Part shown: positions 1 to 10,216 of the stretch, one piece after another
Position numbering within the stretch: position 1 is the stretch's first letter
Layout: each line of letters opens with the position of its first letter
From: Isosphaera sp.
Lineage (GTDB): Bacteria > Planctomycetota > Planctomycetia > Gemmatales > Gemmataceae
Assembly (NCBI GenBank): GCA_013822345.1
Contig: PNKH01000032.1
Location: 643-64,642, forward strand
Length of the DNA stretch: 64,000 nt
Direction of reading: 5' to 3'
Translations under genes and position numbers: made by a program
Notes under the pieces: generated by a model
Database searches by the model: none
Told to the model about the DNA's origin: nothing
Seen by the model: only the letters and a program-made list of their open reading frames with translations

Positions 1-1
1 G

Positions 2-1351
2 GTGACCGGGTCGCGGCACCTGGTCCGGGCCGGCGGCCGGGCGGTGCTGCTCGATTGCGGGCTGTTCCAGGGGCCGAAGCCGCTCCGTGAGCGGAACCGG
101 GAGCACTTCCCGTTCGCCCCCCGCTCGCTCGACGCGGTGGTCCTCAGCCACGCCCACCTGGACCACTCCGGGGCGTTGCCACTATTGGTCAAGGCCGGGT
201 TTCGGGGGCCGGTGTTCTGTACCCCGGGGACGGCCGACCTGCTCGGCCCGCTCCTGCGGGACGCCGCGCACCTCCAGGAGGAGGAGGCCGCCCACGCCAA
301 CCGGCACGGGTACTCGAAGCACCGGCCGGCCCTGCCGCTGTTCACCGCCGCCGACGCCGAGGCCGTCTTCCCGCTCCTCCGCCGACAGCCTTACGGTGAA
401 TCGTTCCCGGTAGCCCCGGGGTTCGCAGCCACCCTCCGGCGGGCCGGACACATCCTCGGCTCGGCGTCGGTCGAACTGCGGGTCGATGGGACACACCCGG
501 TCACCCTGGCCTTCTCCGGCGACCTGGGCCGGCGGGGCCACCCGATCCTGCGGGCGGCGGACCCCGTGCCGGCGGCCGACGTGGTCTTGGTCGAATCGAC
601 CTACGGGGACCGCACCCACCCGCCCGACCCGTCCAGCGAAGTGGCGCGGGTGATCCGGGAGGCGGTCGAGCGAGGCGGCGCGGTGCTGGTGCCGGCGTTC
701 GCCGTCGGCCGGACCCAGGAACTGATCTGGATGCTCCGGAAGCTGGAGGACGCGGGGGCGATCCCGCCGGTCCCGGTCTACATCGACACCCCGATGGGGA
801 TCGACGTGACCGACCTGTTCTGCCGGCACCCGGAGGACCACACGCTGGACATGGCCGAACTGATGGACGCCGGCCGGTGCCCGCTCTGCTGCCGGCAGTA
901 CCACCTGACCCGGACCCCGGCCGAGTCGAAGGCGCTGAACGACCGGACCGGGCCGCTGGTGATCGTTGCCGGGAGCGGGATGGTGACGGGCGGGCGAATC
1001 CTCCACCACATGCGGCGGCGGCTTCCGGACCTGCGGACGACGGTGCTGCTGGTCGGGTATCAGGCCGAAGGAACGCGTGGGCGGGCCCTCCAGTACGGGG
1101 CCGACGCGGTAACAATCTTTGGGGAACGAGTTCCCGTCCGGGCGAAGGTGGAGACGGTCCACGGGCTGTCCGGGCACGCGGACCGGGACGACCTCCTCGC
1201 CTGGATGGGCGGGTTCTCGCGCCCCCCGCAGGTGGTCTGCGCGGTTCACGGGGAGCCCGGCCCGGCGCGCGGCCTGGCCGAGGCGGTGCGGACCCGATTC
1301 GGTTGGGACGTCCGGGTCGCGGCGGACGGGGAGACAGTGCCCCTGTCGTGA
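2..1351 (+). CDS. MBL-fold metallo-hydrolase, beta-CASP/RNA-specificity type (5' end probably outside window)
   Basis: LDCGLFQG, SHAHLDHSG, GHILGS, FSGDLG, ESTYGDR, PAFAVGRTQE, LSGHAD and VHGE motifs. Confidence 0.9.
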   Translation: MTGSRHLVRAGGRAVLLDCGLFQGPKPLRERNREHFPFAPRSLDAVVLSHAHLDHSGALPLLVKAGFRGPVFCTPGTADLLGPLLRDAAHLQEEEAAHANRHGYSKHRPALPLFTAADAEAVFPLLRRQPYGESFPVAPGFAATLRRAGHILGSASVELRVDGTHPVTLAFSGDLGRRGHPILRAADPVPAADVVLVESTYGDRTHPPDPSSEVARVIREAVERGGAVLVPAFAVGRTQELIWMLRKLEDAGAIPPVPVYIDTPMGIDVTDLFCRHPEDHTLDMAELMDAGRCPLCCRQYHLTRTPAESKALNDRTGPLVIVAGSGMVTGGRILHHMRRRLPDLRTTVLLVGYQAEGTRGRALQYGADAVTIFGERVPVRAKVETVHGLSGHADRDDLLAWMGGFSRPPQVVCAVHGEPGPARGLAEAVRTRFGWDVRVAADGETVPLS

Positions 1352-1439
1352 GGAACCCGTGGCGGGTGAGGCGGCACGCGGTTCGATACGCCCCCTCCCG
1401 AACGAACATCCGGGGCCGATACGGGCGGAGACGTTGACC

Positions 1440-3323
1440 ATGACGGCGATCACGAACGACCCGGTCTGCGGCATGCCGGTCCCCGGCGGCGGGGCCTTCT
1501 CCGCCGAGTACCTCGGGCGGCGGTTCGCGTTCTGCTCCGAGTTCTGCCGGGACGCCTTCCTCGCGACCCCCGAGGTCTACGCCGGGGCCGCGGCTCCCAC
1601 CGCCGGCCGGGCCGACGCCCCCCGACGGGTCGCGTACTTCTCGATGGAGGTGGCCGTCGATCCGGGCATGCCGACCTACAGCGGCGGCCTGGGGGTGCTG
1701 GCCGGGGACACCCTGAAGTCCGCGGCCGACCTCGGGCTGCCCGTCCTCGCCGTCTCGCTCCTGAACGCGAAGGGGTACTTCGAGCAGACCCTGGACCCAT
1801 CGGGCAACCAACAGGAGCGGCCGTCGGTCTGGAACCCCGCCAAGTTCATCCGCCCGCTCCCCGGCCAGGTGAAGGCCGACGCCGAGCGGCCGGTCAACCC
1901 CGAGGTGGGGGTGACCATCGAGGGGCGGACGGTCAGGGTTCGCGGCTGGCAGTACGACGTGGTTGGGGCTACGGGCTTCGTCGTCCCCCTGATCCTGCTC
2001 GACACCGACTTGCCCGGGAACGACCCCCGCGACCGGGAGTTGACCGCTCACTTGTACGGCGGGGACGACCGCTACCGGCTGGCACAGGAGGTCATCCTGG
2101 GCGTCGGCGGCGTTCGCATGCTTCGGGCGCTCGGGCACACCTCCATCAGCCGGTTCCACATGAATGAGGGGCACGCCGCGCTCCTCGTCCTGGAGTTGCT
2201 CGGGACCGTGCCGGTCGAGCCGGGGCCGGATTGGAACTTCCACGGGACCCGGGCGGAGTGCGTGTTCACCACCCACACGCCGGTCCCGGCCGGGCACGAC
2301 TCCTTTCCCTACGACCTCGTCGACCGCGTCCTGGGCGTACCGCTGCCCGAGCCGGTGGTCCGGATGCTCGGCGGTGCCGACCGGCTCGACATGACCCACC
2401 TGGGGATCAACATGAGCCGTTACGTCAACGGGGTCGCCAAGCGGCACGCCGAGGTGTCCCGCGAGATGTTCCCGGGCCAGCCGATCGGCGCGATCACCAA
2501 CGGGGTCCACTCCCGGACCTGGACCTGCGACGGCTTCAAGGAACTGTACGACCGGCACATCCCGGGGTGGGGGAACGATCCGGCCGCCCTCCGCTCGGCC
2601 GTGGGCATCCCGAAGCCGGAGGTTTGGGAGGCCCACGCCCGCGCCAAGGAACGGCTGATCGACGAGGTGCGGGGACGGACCGGTGTGACGCTGGCTCCGG
2701 ATGCGTTCACGATCGGGTTCGCCCGCAGGGCGACCGCGTACAAGCGGGCCGACCTGGTCTTCCGCGACCCCGAGCGGCTGGCCGCAATCGCCCGGGAGGT
2801 CGGCCCCATCCAGTTCGTCTTCGCGGGGAAGGCCCACCCAAGGGACGAGGGGGGGAAGGAGGAGATTCGCCGGGTCTTCGCGGCGGCGGACCGGCTCCGG
2901 GACCGGGTTCCGGTCGTGTACCTGGAGAACTACGACCTGGCGCTCGCCGGTCTGTTGACGGCGGGTGCGGACGTGTGGCTGAACACCCCGCGGCGGCCGC
3001 TGGAGGCGTCCGGCACGTCGGGGATGAAGGCGGCCCACAACGGGGTGCCGAGCCTGAGCACCCTCGACGGCTGGTGGGCCGAGGGGCACGTCGAGGGCGT
3101 GACCGGGTGGTCGATCGGCCCCGCGGGCACGGACCCGAACCGGGACGCCGACGCCCAGGACGCGGAGGACCTCTACCGAAAGCTCCGCGAGGTCGTCGTG
3201 CCGCTCTACCATCGTGACCGCGATGGGTGGATCGGGGTGATGCGGCACGCGATAGCGCTGAACGCCTCGTTCTTCAACACCCACCGGATGGTCCAGCAGT
3301 ACGCCGCCAACGCCTACGTGTAG
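1440..3323 (+). CDS. glgP: Alpha-glucan phosphorylase with N-terminal YHS domain
   Basis: N-terminal DPVCGM...FAFCSEFC (YHS), then YFSME, YSGGLGVLAGD, HMNEGH, FTTHTPVPAGHD, ITNGVH, GFARRATAYKR, EASGTSGMKA, DGWW. Start moved to ATG 1440. Confidence 0.9.
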   Translation: MTAITNDPVCGMPVPGGGAFSAEYLGRRFAFCSEFCRDAFLATPEVYAGAAAPTAGRADAPRRVAYFSMEVAVDPGMPTYSGGLGVLAGDTLKSAADLGLPVLAVSLLNAKGYFEQTLDPSGNQQERPSVWNPAKFIRPLPGQVKADAERPVNPEVGVTIEGRTVRVRGWQYDVVGATGFVVPLILLDTDLPGNDPRDRELTAHLYGGDDRYRLAQEVILGVGGVRMLRALGHTSISRFHMNEGHAALLVLELLGTVPVEPGPDWNFHGTRAECVFTTHTPVPAGHDSFPYDLVDRVLGVPLPEPVVRMLGGADRLDMTHLGINMSRYVNGVAKRHAEVSREMFPGQPIGAITNGVHSRTWTCDGFKELYDRHIPGWGNDPAALRSAVGIPKPEVWEAHARAKERLIDEVRGRTGVTLAPDAFTIGFARRATAYKRADLVFRDPERLAAIAREVGPIQFVFAGKAHPRDEGGKEEIRRVFAAADRLRDRVPVVYLENYDLALAGLLTAGADVWLNTPRRPLEASGTSGMKAAHNGVPSLSTLDGWWAEGHVEGVTGWSIGPAGTDPNRDADAQDAEDLYRKLREVVVPLYHRDRDGWIGVMRHAIALNASFFNTHRMVQQYAANAYV

Positions 3324-3378
3324 TTGGCCCGCGACGGTTGATCCGAGGGTAATCAGAACCCGCAACTAGGAGACGGAC

Positions 3379-3912
3379 ATGCGAACGACAGCCGTAGCCT
3401 TGCTCGTGTCGTCGGTATTGGTGGGCGGGTGCAAACAACCCGCGGCCACCGCGCCTTCGACTGGCCCCAACGGCGGGGACGTGGTGCCGATCAAGAACGG
3501 GACCGCCTACGCCGAACTCCTGGCTAACCCGACACCGGGGAGTTGATGGTCCACACCTGGGACAAGGACCTGAAGACCCCGCGGCCGGTCGAGAAGGAGC
3601 CGATCACCGTGGGCAGCGCCGACAACAGCGCCGAGGTGATGCCCCACCCGATCGCCTCGGACCCGGCCGGGACGTGCAGCCGGTTCTACGGCCACGCCGA
3701 CTGGCCCGCGGCGGAACCATCCGTCACGGCTGGATGGCAATGCGCGCCGACGGGGGGTCAGAGGCACTCGTTCGACTGGCAGGGGGTGCTGGCAGGGCGT
3801 CCGGACGCACGGGCGGATGTGGGAGGAGATGGGCGAACATCGCCGCACGGGGCCGGGGCACGGCCTCGGGCGGTCCGGGCGGAGACCGCTGACCCCTCAC
3901 GCCGGTGACTGA
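3379..3912 (+). pseudogene. Frameshifted GxHGG-type lipoprotein
   Basis: AGGAGA RBS, then MRTTAVALLVSSVLVGGC lipobox and GPNGG. The frame stops at 3546, but family-like text (DTGELMVHTWD...DPAGTCSRF) continues in another frame after a short C run at 3528-3530. Confidence 0.65.
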
Positions 3913-3942
3913 TTGATCCGTGTTGTCGAACGGGAGAACTCG

Positions 3943-5271
3943 ATGCGCCACCGCTCCTCTCACTCGTTGCTCGGCCACCTCGTGTGCCTGCTGCCGATCC
4001 TGCTGCTCCTGGCCCTCGCCGCCTTCGAGGTCCGGCTCCCCCTCCTGCTGCTGCCGGTCGTCATGCTCCTGTGCTGCCTGGCGATGGCCTACCTGATGGC
4101 CGACGCCTGCTCGCACAACCACCACCCGGCCCCGGACCGCGTCCCGGAGTCGCCCCCGGCCCCCGACGCTCCCGAGGCGATGACCGACGACGTCTTCCGG
4201 GTCGAGCGAGTTCGGCGGGCGGGCGCGGCCACCGTCCTGGAGGGGGAGTTGCTGGGCGAGCCGGGTGAGGTGTATGAAACGCTCAGGCGGCGCTACGAGG
4301 GCACCGGCACCGTACCGCTGCTCCAGGAGGGCGCGGACGGCCGACCGGTCGTGGTCCTCGTCCCGCGCGGGTCGGAGTCGGGTGACGCGCCCGCCCCGCG
4401 GCTGTGGGTCCACGCGCTGCTCCTCGTCGCCACGCTGGCGACCACCACCTGGGTGGGGGCGGCCCACGCCGGGGTGGACCTGCTCCGCGAGCCGGGCCGG
4501 TTCGCCGCCGGCCTGCCGTACGCGCTGGCGCTCTTGCTCATCCTCGGGGTCCACGAGTCCGGGCACTACCTGGCCGCCCGCGCGCACGGGATGCGGGTGA
4601 GCCCGCCGTACTTCATTCCGGCCCCGGTCGGCCTGGGGACGTTCGGGGCGTTCATCCAGCTCCGCTCGCCCGCGGAGAACCGCCGGGCGCTTTTCGACGT
4701 CGCGGCGGCCGGGCCGCTGGCGGGCCTCGCCGTCGCCGTCCCCGCACTCTGGATCGGGCTGCAATACTCGTCGGTCGTGCCCGCGCAGGGGTCGGGCGGG
4801 CACGCCGGGGGCGTGGACGCCGGCTCGTCGGTACTCCTGGCGGTGGTGGCGAAGCTGTCGCTGGGGGACGACCTGGCCCGGGGGCACGTCCTGGTGCTGC
4901 ACCCGCTGGCCTTCGCCGGCTGGCTGGGGCTCCTGATCACCGCCCTGAACCTGTTGCCCATCGGCCAGCTCGACGGCGGGCACGTCGCCGACGCCATGTT
5001 CGGCCGCCGGCGCGGCGCGGCCGTCGCCGCGGCGGCGCTCGTGGCGCTGTTCGGGCTGGGCCTGTTCGTCTGGAGCGGGCTGCTCGGCTGGGCGATCCTG
5101 GTCTACTTCATCGCCGGCGCGAAGGGGCTCCCGCCGCTCGACGACGTCTCCGGACCGGGAGCGGGGCGCCTTGCACTGGGGTGGCTCACGTTCGCCCTCT
5201 TGGTCCTCATTCTGGTGCCCGTGCCCCACCGGTTGTACGAATCACTCAACCTCGGCTGCCCGTACCTCTGA
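3943..5271 (+). CDS. Site-2 protease (peptidase M50) membrane metalloprotease
   Basis: HESGH, AAAGPLAG and NLLPIGQLDGGH motifs; many hydrophobic segments. Confidence 0.9.
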   Translation: MRHRSSHSLLGHLVCLLPILLLLALAAFEVRLPLLLLPVVMLLCCLAMAYLMADACSHNHHPAPDRVPESPPAPDAPEAMTDDVFRVERVRRAGAATVLEGELLGEPGEVYETLRRRYEGTGTVPLLQEGADGRPVVVLVPRGSESGDAPAPRLWVHALLLVATLATTTWVGAAHAGVDLLREPGRFAAGLPYALALLLILGVHESGHYLAARAHGMRVSPPYFIPAPVGLGTFGAFIQLRSPAENRRALFDVAAAGPLAGLAVAVPALWIGLQYSSVVPAQGSGGHAGGVDAGSSVLLAVVAKLSLGDDLARGHVLVLHPLAFAGWLGLLITALNLLPIGQLDGGHVADAMFGRRRGAAVAAAALVALFGLGLFVWSGLLGWAILVYFIAGAKGLPPLDDVSGPGAGRLALGWLTFALLVLILVPVPHRLYESLNLGCPYL

Positions 5272-5405
5272 CGGCGGCCGGTCGCAGGGTGGTGGCATTG
5301 CGAACCAGAGGCCGCGAGACGGAAACGGCGTCTGGAACCCGGCGCGGCCGTCGCAAGTGAACCCGCGGTCCCGTTGCCCGGACGGGCCGCACTCGGGAGG
5401 GCGTC

Positions 5406-5903
5406 ATGGACCTCTTCGCTCACAGCAACACGGGCTCGCCCTCCGGCGGACTGTTCCCGCCGTGGGAGGCACACCCGGCCACGGTCCACTTCCCGATCGC
5501 GTTCCTCGTCGGGGCGGTCGCGCTCGATCTGTACGCCTGGTGGCGGGGGCGGGCGGACCTCGCGCGGGTGGCGACCGGGCTCATGGCGGCGGGTGTGCTC
5601 ACCGGGGTCGTGGCGGCCGCGACCGGGGCGGTGGCGTTCTTCACCGTGCCCGCGCACACCCGCGAGGCCCACCGCCTCATGTACTGGCACCTCGGGCTGA
5701 TGGCCGGCGTTCTGACTCTGTTCACCGGGGTGGTTGTCGCCCGTCGGCGCGACGAGACGCCGGCTGTGTGGGTGCGCGTCGCCGGGCTGTTCGGGGTTGC
5801 GGTGCTGCTGGTCGGGGCCTACCTCGGCGGCAGCCTGGTCTACCGCGGCGGAGCCGGGGTCGATCCCGCGATCCTCGCCCCGGAGGTGCGGCACGGGCAT
5901 TAA
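5406..5903 (+). CDS. DUF2231-like membrane protein
   Basis: HPATVHFPIA motif, conserved His in MYWHLG, four hydrophobic segments, YLGGSLVY. Confidence 0.75.
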   Translation: MDLFAHSNTGSPSGGLFPPWEAHPATVHFPIAFLVGAVALDLYAWWRGRADLARVATGLMAAGVLTGVVAAATGAVAFFTVPAHTREAHRLMYWHLGLMAGVLTLFTGVVVARRRDETPAVWVRVAGLFGVAVLLVGAYLGGSLVYRGGAGVDPAILAPEVRHGH

Positions 5904-6083
5904 CACGCCGGCGGGGTCGGTTCATCCGATCACGGCCGGGTTGTACCGTCTCTCGGGCCGGGCGCTTCGCGGGGTGCGGGCCGAACCCCCAATCGGGCGG
6001 CACTGCCCGCCGTGGCGTCGGGTAGAATTCGGTGGTGCGGGGAACGGCTGGCGGGCGCGTGACCCTAACTGAAGAGGTGCCTC

Positions 6084-7664
6084 ATGAGTGCGGAATCCGA
6101 TCGTCGCAACTTCCTCCTCGGAGGCTCGGCCCTCGCCGGCGGGCTCCTCGCCGGGTCGGCCGGGGCGCAGGACAAGCCGCCCGCGAAGGACGATCACGCC
6201 GGGCACGACCGCGGCAAGCTGGTGGCCGGCCTGCGGAAGCCGGGCGACCCGCCCGTCCCGGTCGAGTGCCCCGACGTGCCGAAGCTGAAGTGGGAGATGA
6301 AGGACGGGGTGAAGGAATTCCACCTCCGCGCCCAGCACCTGAAGCGGGAGTTCCTCCCCGACCAGTGGTTCGACGTCTGGGGGTACAACGGCAGCATGCC
6401 CGGGCCGACGATCGAGGTCACCGAGGGGGACAAGGTCCGGATCGTCGTCCACAACGAGCTGCCCGAGCCGACCATTCTGCACTGGCACGGCCTGGAAGTC
6501 CCGGTCGCGATGGACGGCGTGGAGTTCGTGACCCAGGACCCGATCGAGCCCGGCAAATCGTTCGCCTACGAGTTCACCCTCCACCAGAACGGCACGTTCG
6601 CCTACCACACCCACGTGGCCATGCAGCAGGGCATGGGGATGGTGGGCCTGTTCATCGTCCACCCCAAGTCGGCCCACTCCCCGCCGGTGGACCGCGACTT
6701 CGGCCTCGTCATCCAGGAGTGGGCCATCCTGCCGGGGTCCACGATCCACAACACCATGTCGATGGAGTTCAACCTCTTCACGCTCAACGGCCGGGCGGCC
6801 CCGTACATCACGCCCCTGGTCATCAAGCAGGGCGAGCGGGTGCGCATCCGCTTCTTCAACTTCAGCGCCATCGACCACCACCCGATGCACCTGCACGGGC
6901 TGACCTTCTGGATCACCGGCACGGAGGCCGGGCGCATCCCGGACACCGCCTGGATCCCCAGCAACAACGTCCTGGTGGCGGTGGCCCAGGCCCGCGACAT
7001 CGAGTTCGTGGCCAACAACCCGGGTGACTGGGTGTTCCACTGCCACATGTTCCACCACATGATGAACTTCATGTCCTCGATGGCCGGCCCGATGGTGTCC
7101 CACATGAAGGGGCCGCCGGCCGGCACCGCGATGGGCACGAGCATGGGGATGCTCACCCGCGGGCCGGCCCTGAACCCGGAGTTCGGGGCCGCGCTCGGCC
7201 GGGGGACGGGGGAGAACACCGGGACCGACCGGGCGGTCGGGAACGGCCCCCAGCTCGGACAACCCGGAATGCCGGCCATGCCCGGGATGCCCGGCGGCCA
7301 GCCGAAGGGGGGCGGCCACGAGGGTCACGGCGGGCCGGCCAAGCTGGTGCCCGGCTTCCCGCAGAGCATGGGCGAGATGGTGATGTACACCCCGGCGCAG
7401 ATCAAGAAGCTCAACAAGCCCGAGACCCGCGGCATGCGGAACGGGTGGTTCGGGGGGGTCGAGGGGCTGATGACCGTGGTCCGGGTGCTGCCGCCGGACC
7501 TGTACGACAAGGTGGTCTCCGGGAAGGGCGAGGTGGCCCCGGGGGCCAGCGTCCCGGGAGCCACTCCCGGCAAGGTGGTCGGCGGGGGCCACGAGGGGCA
7601 CGACATGCCGAAGAAGGACTCACCGTCCAAGAAGGACGAACACGAGGGTCACAAGAAGGAGTGA
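6084..7664 (+). CDS. Tat-exported two-domain multicopper oxidase with Met/His/Gly-rich C-terminus
   Basis: RRNFL twin-arginine signal; HWHG, YHTH, HPMHLHG and HCHMFHH copper motifs. Confidence 0.9.
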   Translation: MSAESDRRNFLLGGSALAGGLLAGSAGAQDKPPAKDDHAGHDRGKLVAGLRKPGDPPVPVECPDVPKLKWEMKDGVKEFHLRAQHLKREFLPDQWFDVWGYNGSMPGPTIEVTEGDKVRIVVHNELPEPTILHWHGLEVPVAMDGVEFVTQDPIEPGKSFAYEFTLHQNGTFAYHTHVAMQQGMGMVGLFIVHPKSAHSPPVDRDFGLVIQEWAILPGSTIHNTMSMEFNLFTLNGRAAPYITPLVIKQGERVRIRFFNFSAIDHHPMHLHGLTFWITGTEAGRIPDTAWIPSNNVLVAVAQARDIEFVANNPGDWVFHCHMFHHMMNFMSSMAGPMVSHMKGPPAGTAMGTSMGMLTRGPALNPEFGAALGRGTGENTGTDRAVGNGPQLGQPGMPAMPGMPGGQPKGGGHEGHGGPAKLVPGFPQSMGEMVMYTPAQIKKLNKPETRGMRNGWFGGVEGLMTVVRVLPPDLYDKVVSGKGEVAPGASVPGATPGKVVGGGHEGHDMPKKDSPSKKDEHEGHKKE

Positions 7665-7808
7665 TCCGTCGATGTACCGGTCGATCCTGCCCACGACTCC
7701 TAAAACCTCCCAAAACCCCTGAAGGCGCGAATTCAGGGTTGATATTGCGGTGGAGTTCGGCTACGCCCCGTGCCGGCTGGCGGGGGGAACTTCACAGGGG
7801 GATGGAAC

Positions 7809-7952
7809 ATGTCCGCACGGAAGTGGGTCGTTCGGTTGGTGGTGCTGGCGGTGGTCTGTGCCGCCGTTCTCGGCGGGGTGACGGGCTGCGAATCGACCGG
7901 TGGTTCGGGCGGCTCGGTCGGGAGCGACGGGCACGTGGGGCACAGCCACTGA
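7809..7952 (+). CDS. 47-aa lipoprotein with His-rich tail
   Basis: MSARKWVVRLVVLAVVCAAVLGGVTG-C lipobox; ends DGHVGHSH. Confidence 0.55.
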   Translation: MSARKWVVRLVVLAVVCAAVLGGVTGCESTGGSGGSVGSDGHVGHSH

Positions 7953-8092
7953 CCCGGGCCGGGCTCCCGGTCGCGATTGCCCGCGCCGCCGCGACTTCGT
8001 AACCTGTCCGGCGGCGCGGGAACGACGAGTTGGTTCGGTTGCAAGTGGGGCACGAGTCCCGCGCCGGACCGATTCACACAGGGAGACGAGTG

Positions 8093-8626
8093 ATGACGAA
8101 GTTCGCCATGCTGACCGCCGCGGTTGGAATGCTGGCCTCGACGGCCCCGGCGGGGGCGGCGGAAACGAACGTCGAGCTGAAGAAGGTGCACATGTGCTGC
8201 GGGGGTTGCGCCAAGGAGGTGGCCAAGATCCTCGCGAAGGTCGAAGGCGTCACGGGCGTTACGGTCGATCAGAAGACCACGAAGGCGCGGTTCACCGCGG
8301 CGGATGCCAAGGCGGCCCAGCGGGCACTCGACGCCCTGGCCGAAGGAGGCTTCCACGGGGACACGGGCGGCGCGAAGGACTTCGCCTTCAAGGACGACAG
8401 CGGTGTCAAGCCTGGCAATGTCAAGTCGGTCACGGTGACGGGCTTCCACAACTCCTGCGGCGGCTGCGTCGATTCGTTCCGGGAGGCGATCAAGGACGTG
8501 AAGGGCGTGACCGGCGACAACGCCAAGGCGAAAGTCACCACCGCCGAAGTGACCGGCGACTTCGACGCGGCCGAACTGGTCCAGGCACTGAACAAGGCCG
8601 GCTTCCACGTCAAGGTCAAGCAATGA
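8093..8626 (+). CDS. Exported protein with two HMA (CxxC) domains
   Basis: Signal peptide; HMCCGGC and HNSCGGC motifs in two repeated ferredoxin-like units; GGGAGA RBS. Confidence 0.85.
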   Translation: MTKFAMLTAAVGMLASTAPAGAAETNVELKKVHMCCGGCAKEVAKILAKVEGVTGVTVDQKTTKARFTAADAKAAQRALDALAEGGFHGDTGGAKDFAFKDDSGVKPGNVKSVTVTGFHNSCGGCVDSFREAIKDVKGVTGDNAKAKVTTAEVTGDFDAAELVQALNKAGFHVKVKQ

Positions 8627-8734
8627 TTGGCCGGTCAACTGTATCGTGGGATCCCTGCTGAGGCAGTAGCAGCGGTCGAGCGAAAGACGACGGGCCGGAC
8701 GTGTCTCCGGCCCGTCGTGCGTTTGACCATCGCG

Positions 8735-10216
8735 TCACCGCGGCTTCGGGGTGGCGTTGATGTGGCCCGGCGGGACCGGCTCCCGCGGGGCGGTCAGACC
8801 GTCCACAAGGAGCAGCCCGCGAACCTCGACCTCGGCCCGGCGGAACTCAAGTAGGGACCGGTTGTAGTCCTCGTTGAGTTGGAACACGGTCCGCTGGGCG
8901 ACGAGCACCTGCGGGAACGCCGCCCGCCGGTTCTTGAACTGCTCTTCATACAACTCGGACGCCTTGCGGGCCTTCGGCAGGGCCTCGGTCCGGAAGTTCT
9001 CGACCTGGTCCCGTGCCGTCTGGTAGCGGGTGAAGGCGTCCGCCAGGCGCCGCCGGAGGTCGAGCTGGACCCGGGTCACCTCGGCCCGGGACCGGCCCAG
9101 GTCGGCCAGCGCCTGGCGGACCGTCCCCTGGTTCCGGTCGAACAACGGGAGCGGCAGGGTGAACGCGGCGTCGGCCGTGTTGTTCCGGGTCTCGAAGTTG
9201 TACCCGACGCCGCCGCGGACGGTGACGTTCGGGATCGGCTCCCGCCGCTCGCGCTCGACGATGATCTCGTCCTGACTCACCTTCGCCACCGCGAACAACA
9301 GCTCGGGGCTTTCCTGGTAGAGCCGGGCGAGCGCCTCGTCCCAGGTAAGCGGCGGGCCGTCCGGCTCCAGGCTGCCGACGAGGGGCTGCTGGGGCAGGTC
9401 CGGGACGCCGACGATGGTAACCAGGTGCGTCCAGTCCTGGCGGAGCCGGGCCTCGGCGGTCCGCAGCGCGACCCGGGCCTGGGACGCATCGACCTGGGCC
9501 TGGAGGAGGTCCTGCTGGTTCCCCTGGCCGACGTTGACGAGTTGCTCGGTGGTCTTGACCGCCGCCTCGGCGTTTTCCAGCAGCCGGCGCTCGTTCTCGA
9601 CCGTCCGCTGGGCCGCCAGGACGCCGAAGTAGGCGGACGTGATCCCGTTGACCACCCGCAGCCGCTGGGCGGACGCCTGGATCTCGGCCAGCTCGGCCTC
9701 CTTCTGGTACTTCAGCCGGCTGAGCCGGAGCTTGCCCCCGGTGACGATCTGCTGCTGGAGGGTGAACCACCGGGCCTCGCCGAAGGTGTTCCCGGCACCG
9801 ATCTGCTCGAACGTCTGCCCGACCGTCGGGTTGAACGGCAGCCCGGCCTGGGTGGCCTTCCCCCGCGCGGCGTCCACGAACGCCGCCGCCTGGACGAGCG
9901 TGGGGTTGTGAGCCAGGGCGAGTCGCTCCAGGTCGGCGACGGTGAGCGGGGCACCGGGCACCGCGACCGGAAACTCGCCCGGGGCGGTTCCCCCGGCCTG
10001 AGTCACCACTCCGGTCGGGCCGACCGCGCCTGGCGAGCCGACCGGAGCGACGGGCACGGCGGTATCTTGCTTGAGGGTCGGTGGGATCCCCCGCGGCAAG
10101 TCCGGGACGGGGTGCGCGGGTCGGGGGGACGGGTCGGGCGTCTGGCACCCCGCCAGCCCGGTCGCGGAGAGGGAAACGCCCAGCACGAACGTGCGGGCAC
10201 CGGAAAAGGCACGCAT
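8735..10216 (-). CDS. TolC-family outer-membrane efflux lipoprotein
   Basis: LAGC lipobox; LALAHNP, LPLFDRNQG and FPQVLVAQR OEP motifs. Start taken at ATG 10216. Confidence 0.85.
   Translation of the reverse strand: MRAFSGARTFVLGVSLSATGLAGCQTPDPSPRPAHPVPDLPRGIPPTLKQDTAVPVAPVGSPGAVGPTGVVTQAGGTAPGEFPVAVPGAPLTVADLERLALAHNPTLVQAAAFVDAARGKATQAGLPFNPTVGQTFEQIGAGNTFGEARWFTLQQQIVTGGKLRLSRLKYQKEAELAEIQASAQRLRVVNGITSAYFGVLAAQRTVENERRLLENAEAAVKTTEQLVNVGQGNQQDLLQAQVDASQARVALRTAEARLRQDWTHLVTIVGVPDLPQQPLVGSLEPDGPPLTWDEALARLYQESPELLFAVAKVSQDEIIVERERREPIPNVTVRGGVGYNFETRNNTADAAFTLPLPLFDRNQGTVRQALADLGRSRAEVTRVQLDLRRRLADAFTRYQTARDQVENFRTEALPKARKASELYEEQFKNRRAAFPQVLVAQRTVFQLNEDYNRSLLEFRRAEVEVRGLLLVDGLTAPREPVPPGHINATPKPR

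Noticed and set aside
501-3365. 954-aa minus-strand ORF and the many other long antisense/alternate-frame ORFs (e.g. 17246-19837, 51467-54952, 52225-57426, 57464-60022)
   Set aside because: Shadow ORFs of high-GC coding DNA: Arg/Pro/Gly-rich, no motifs, and they overlap well-supported genes
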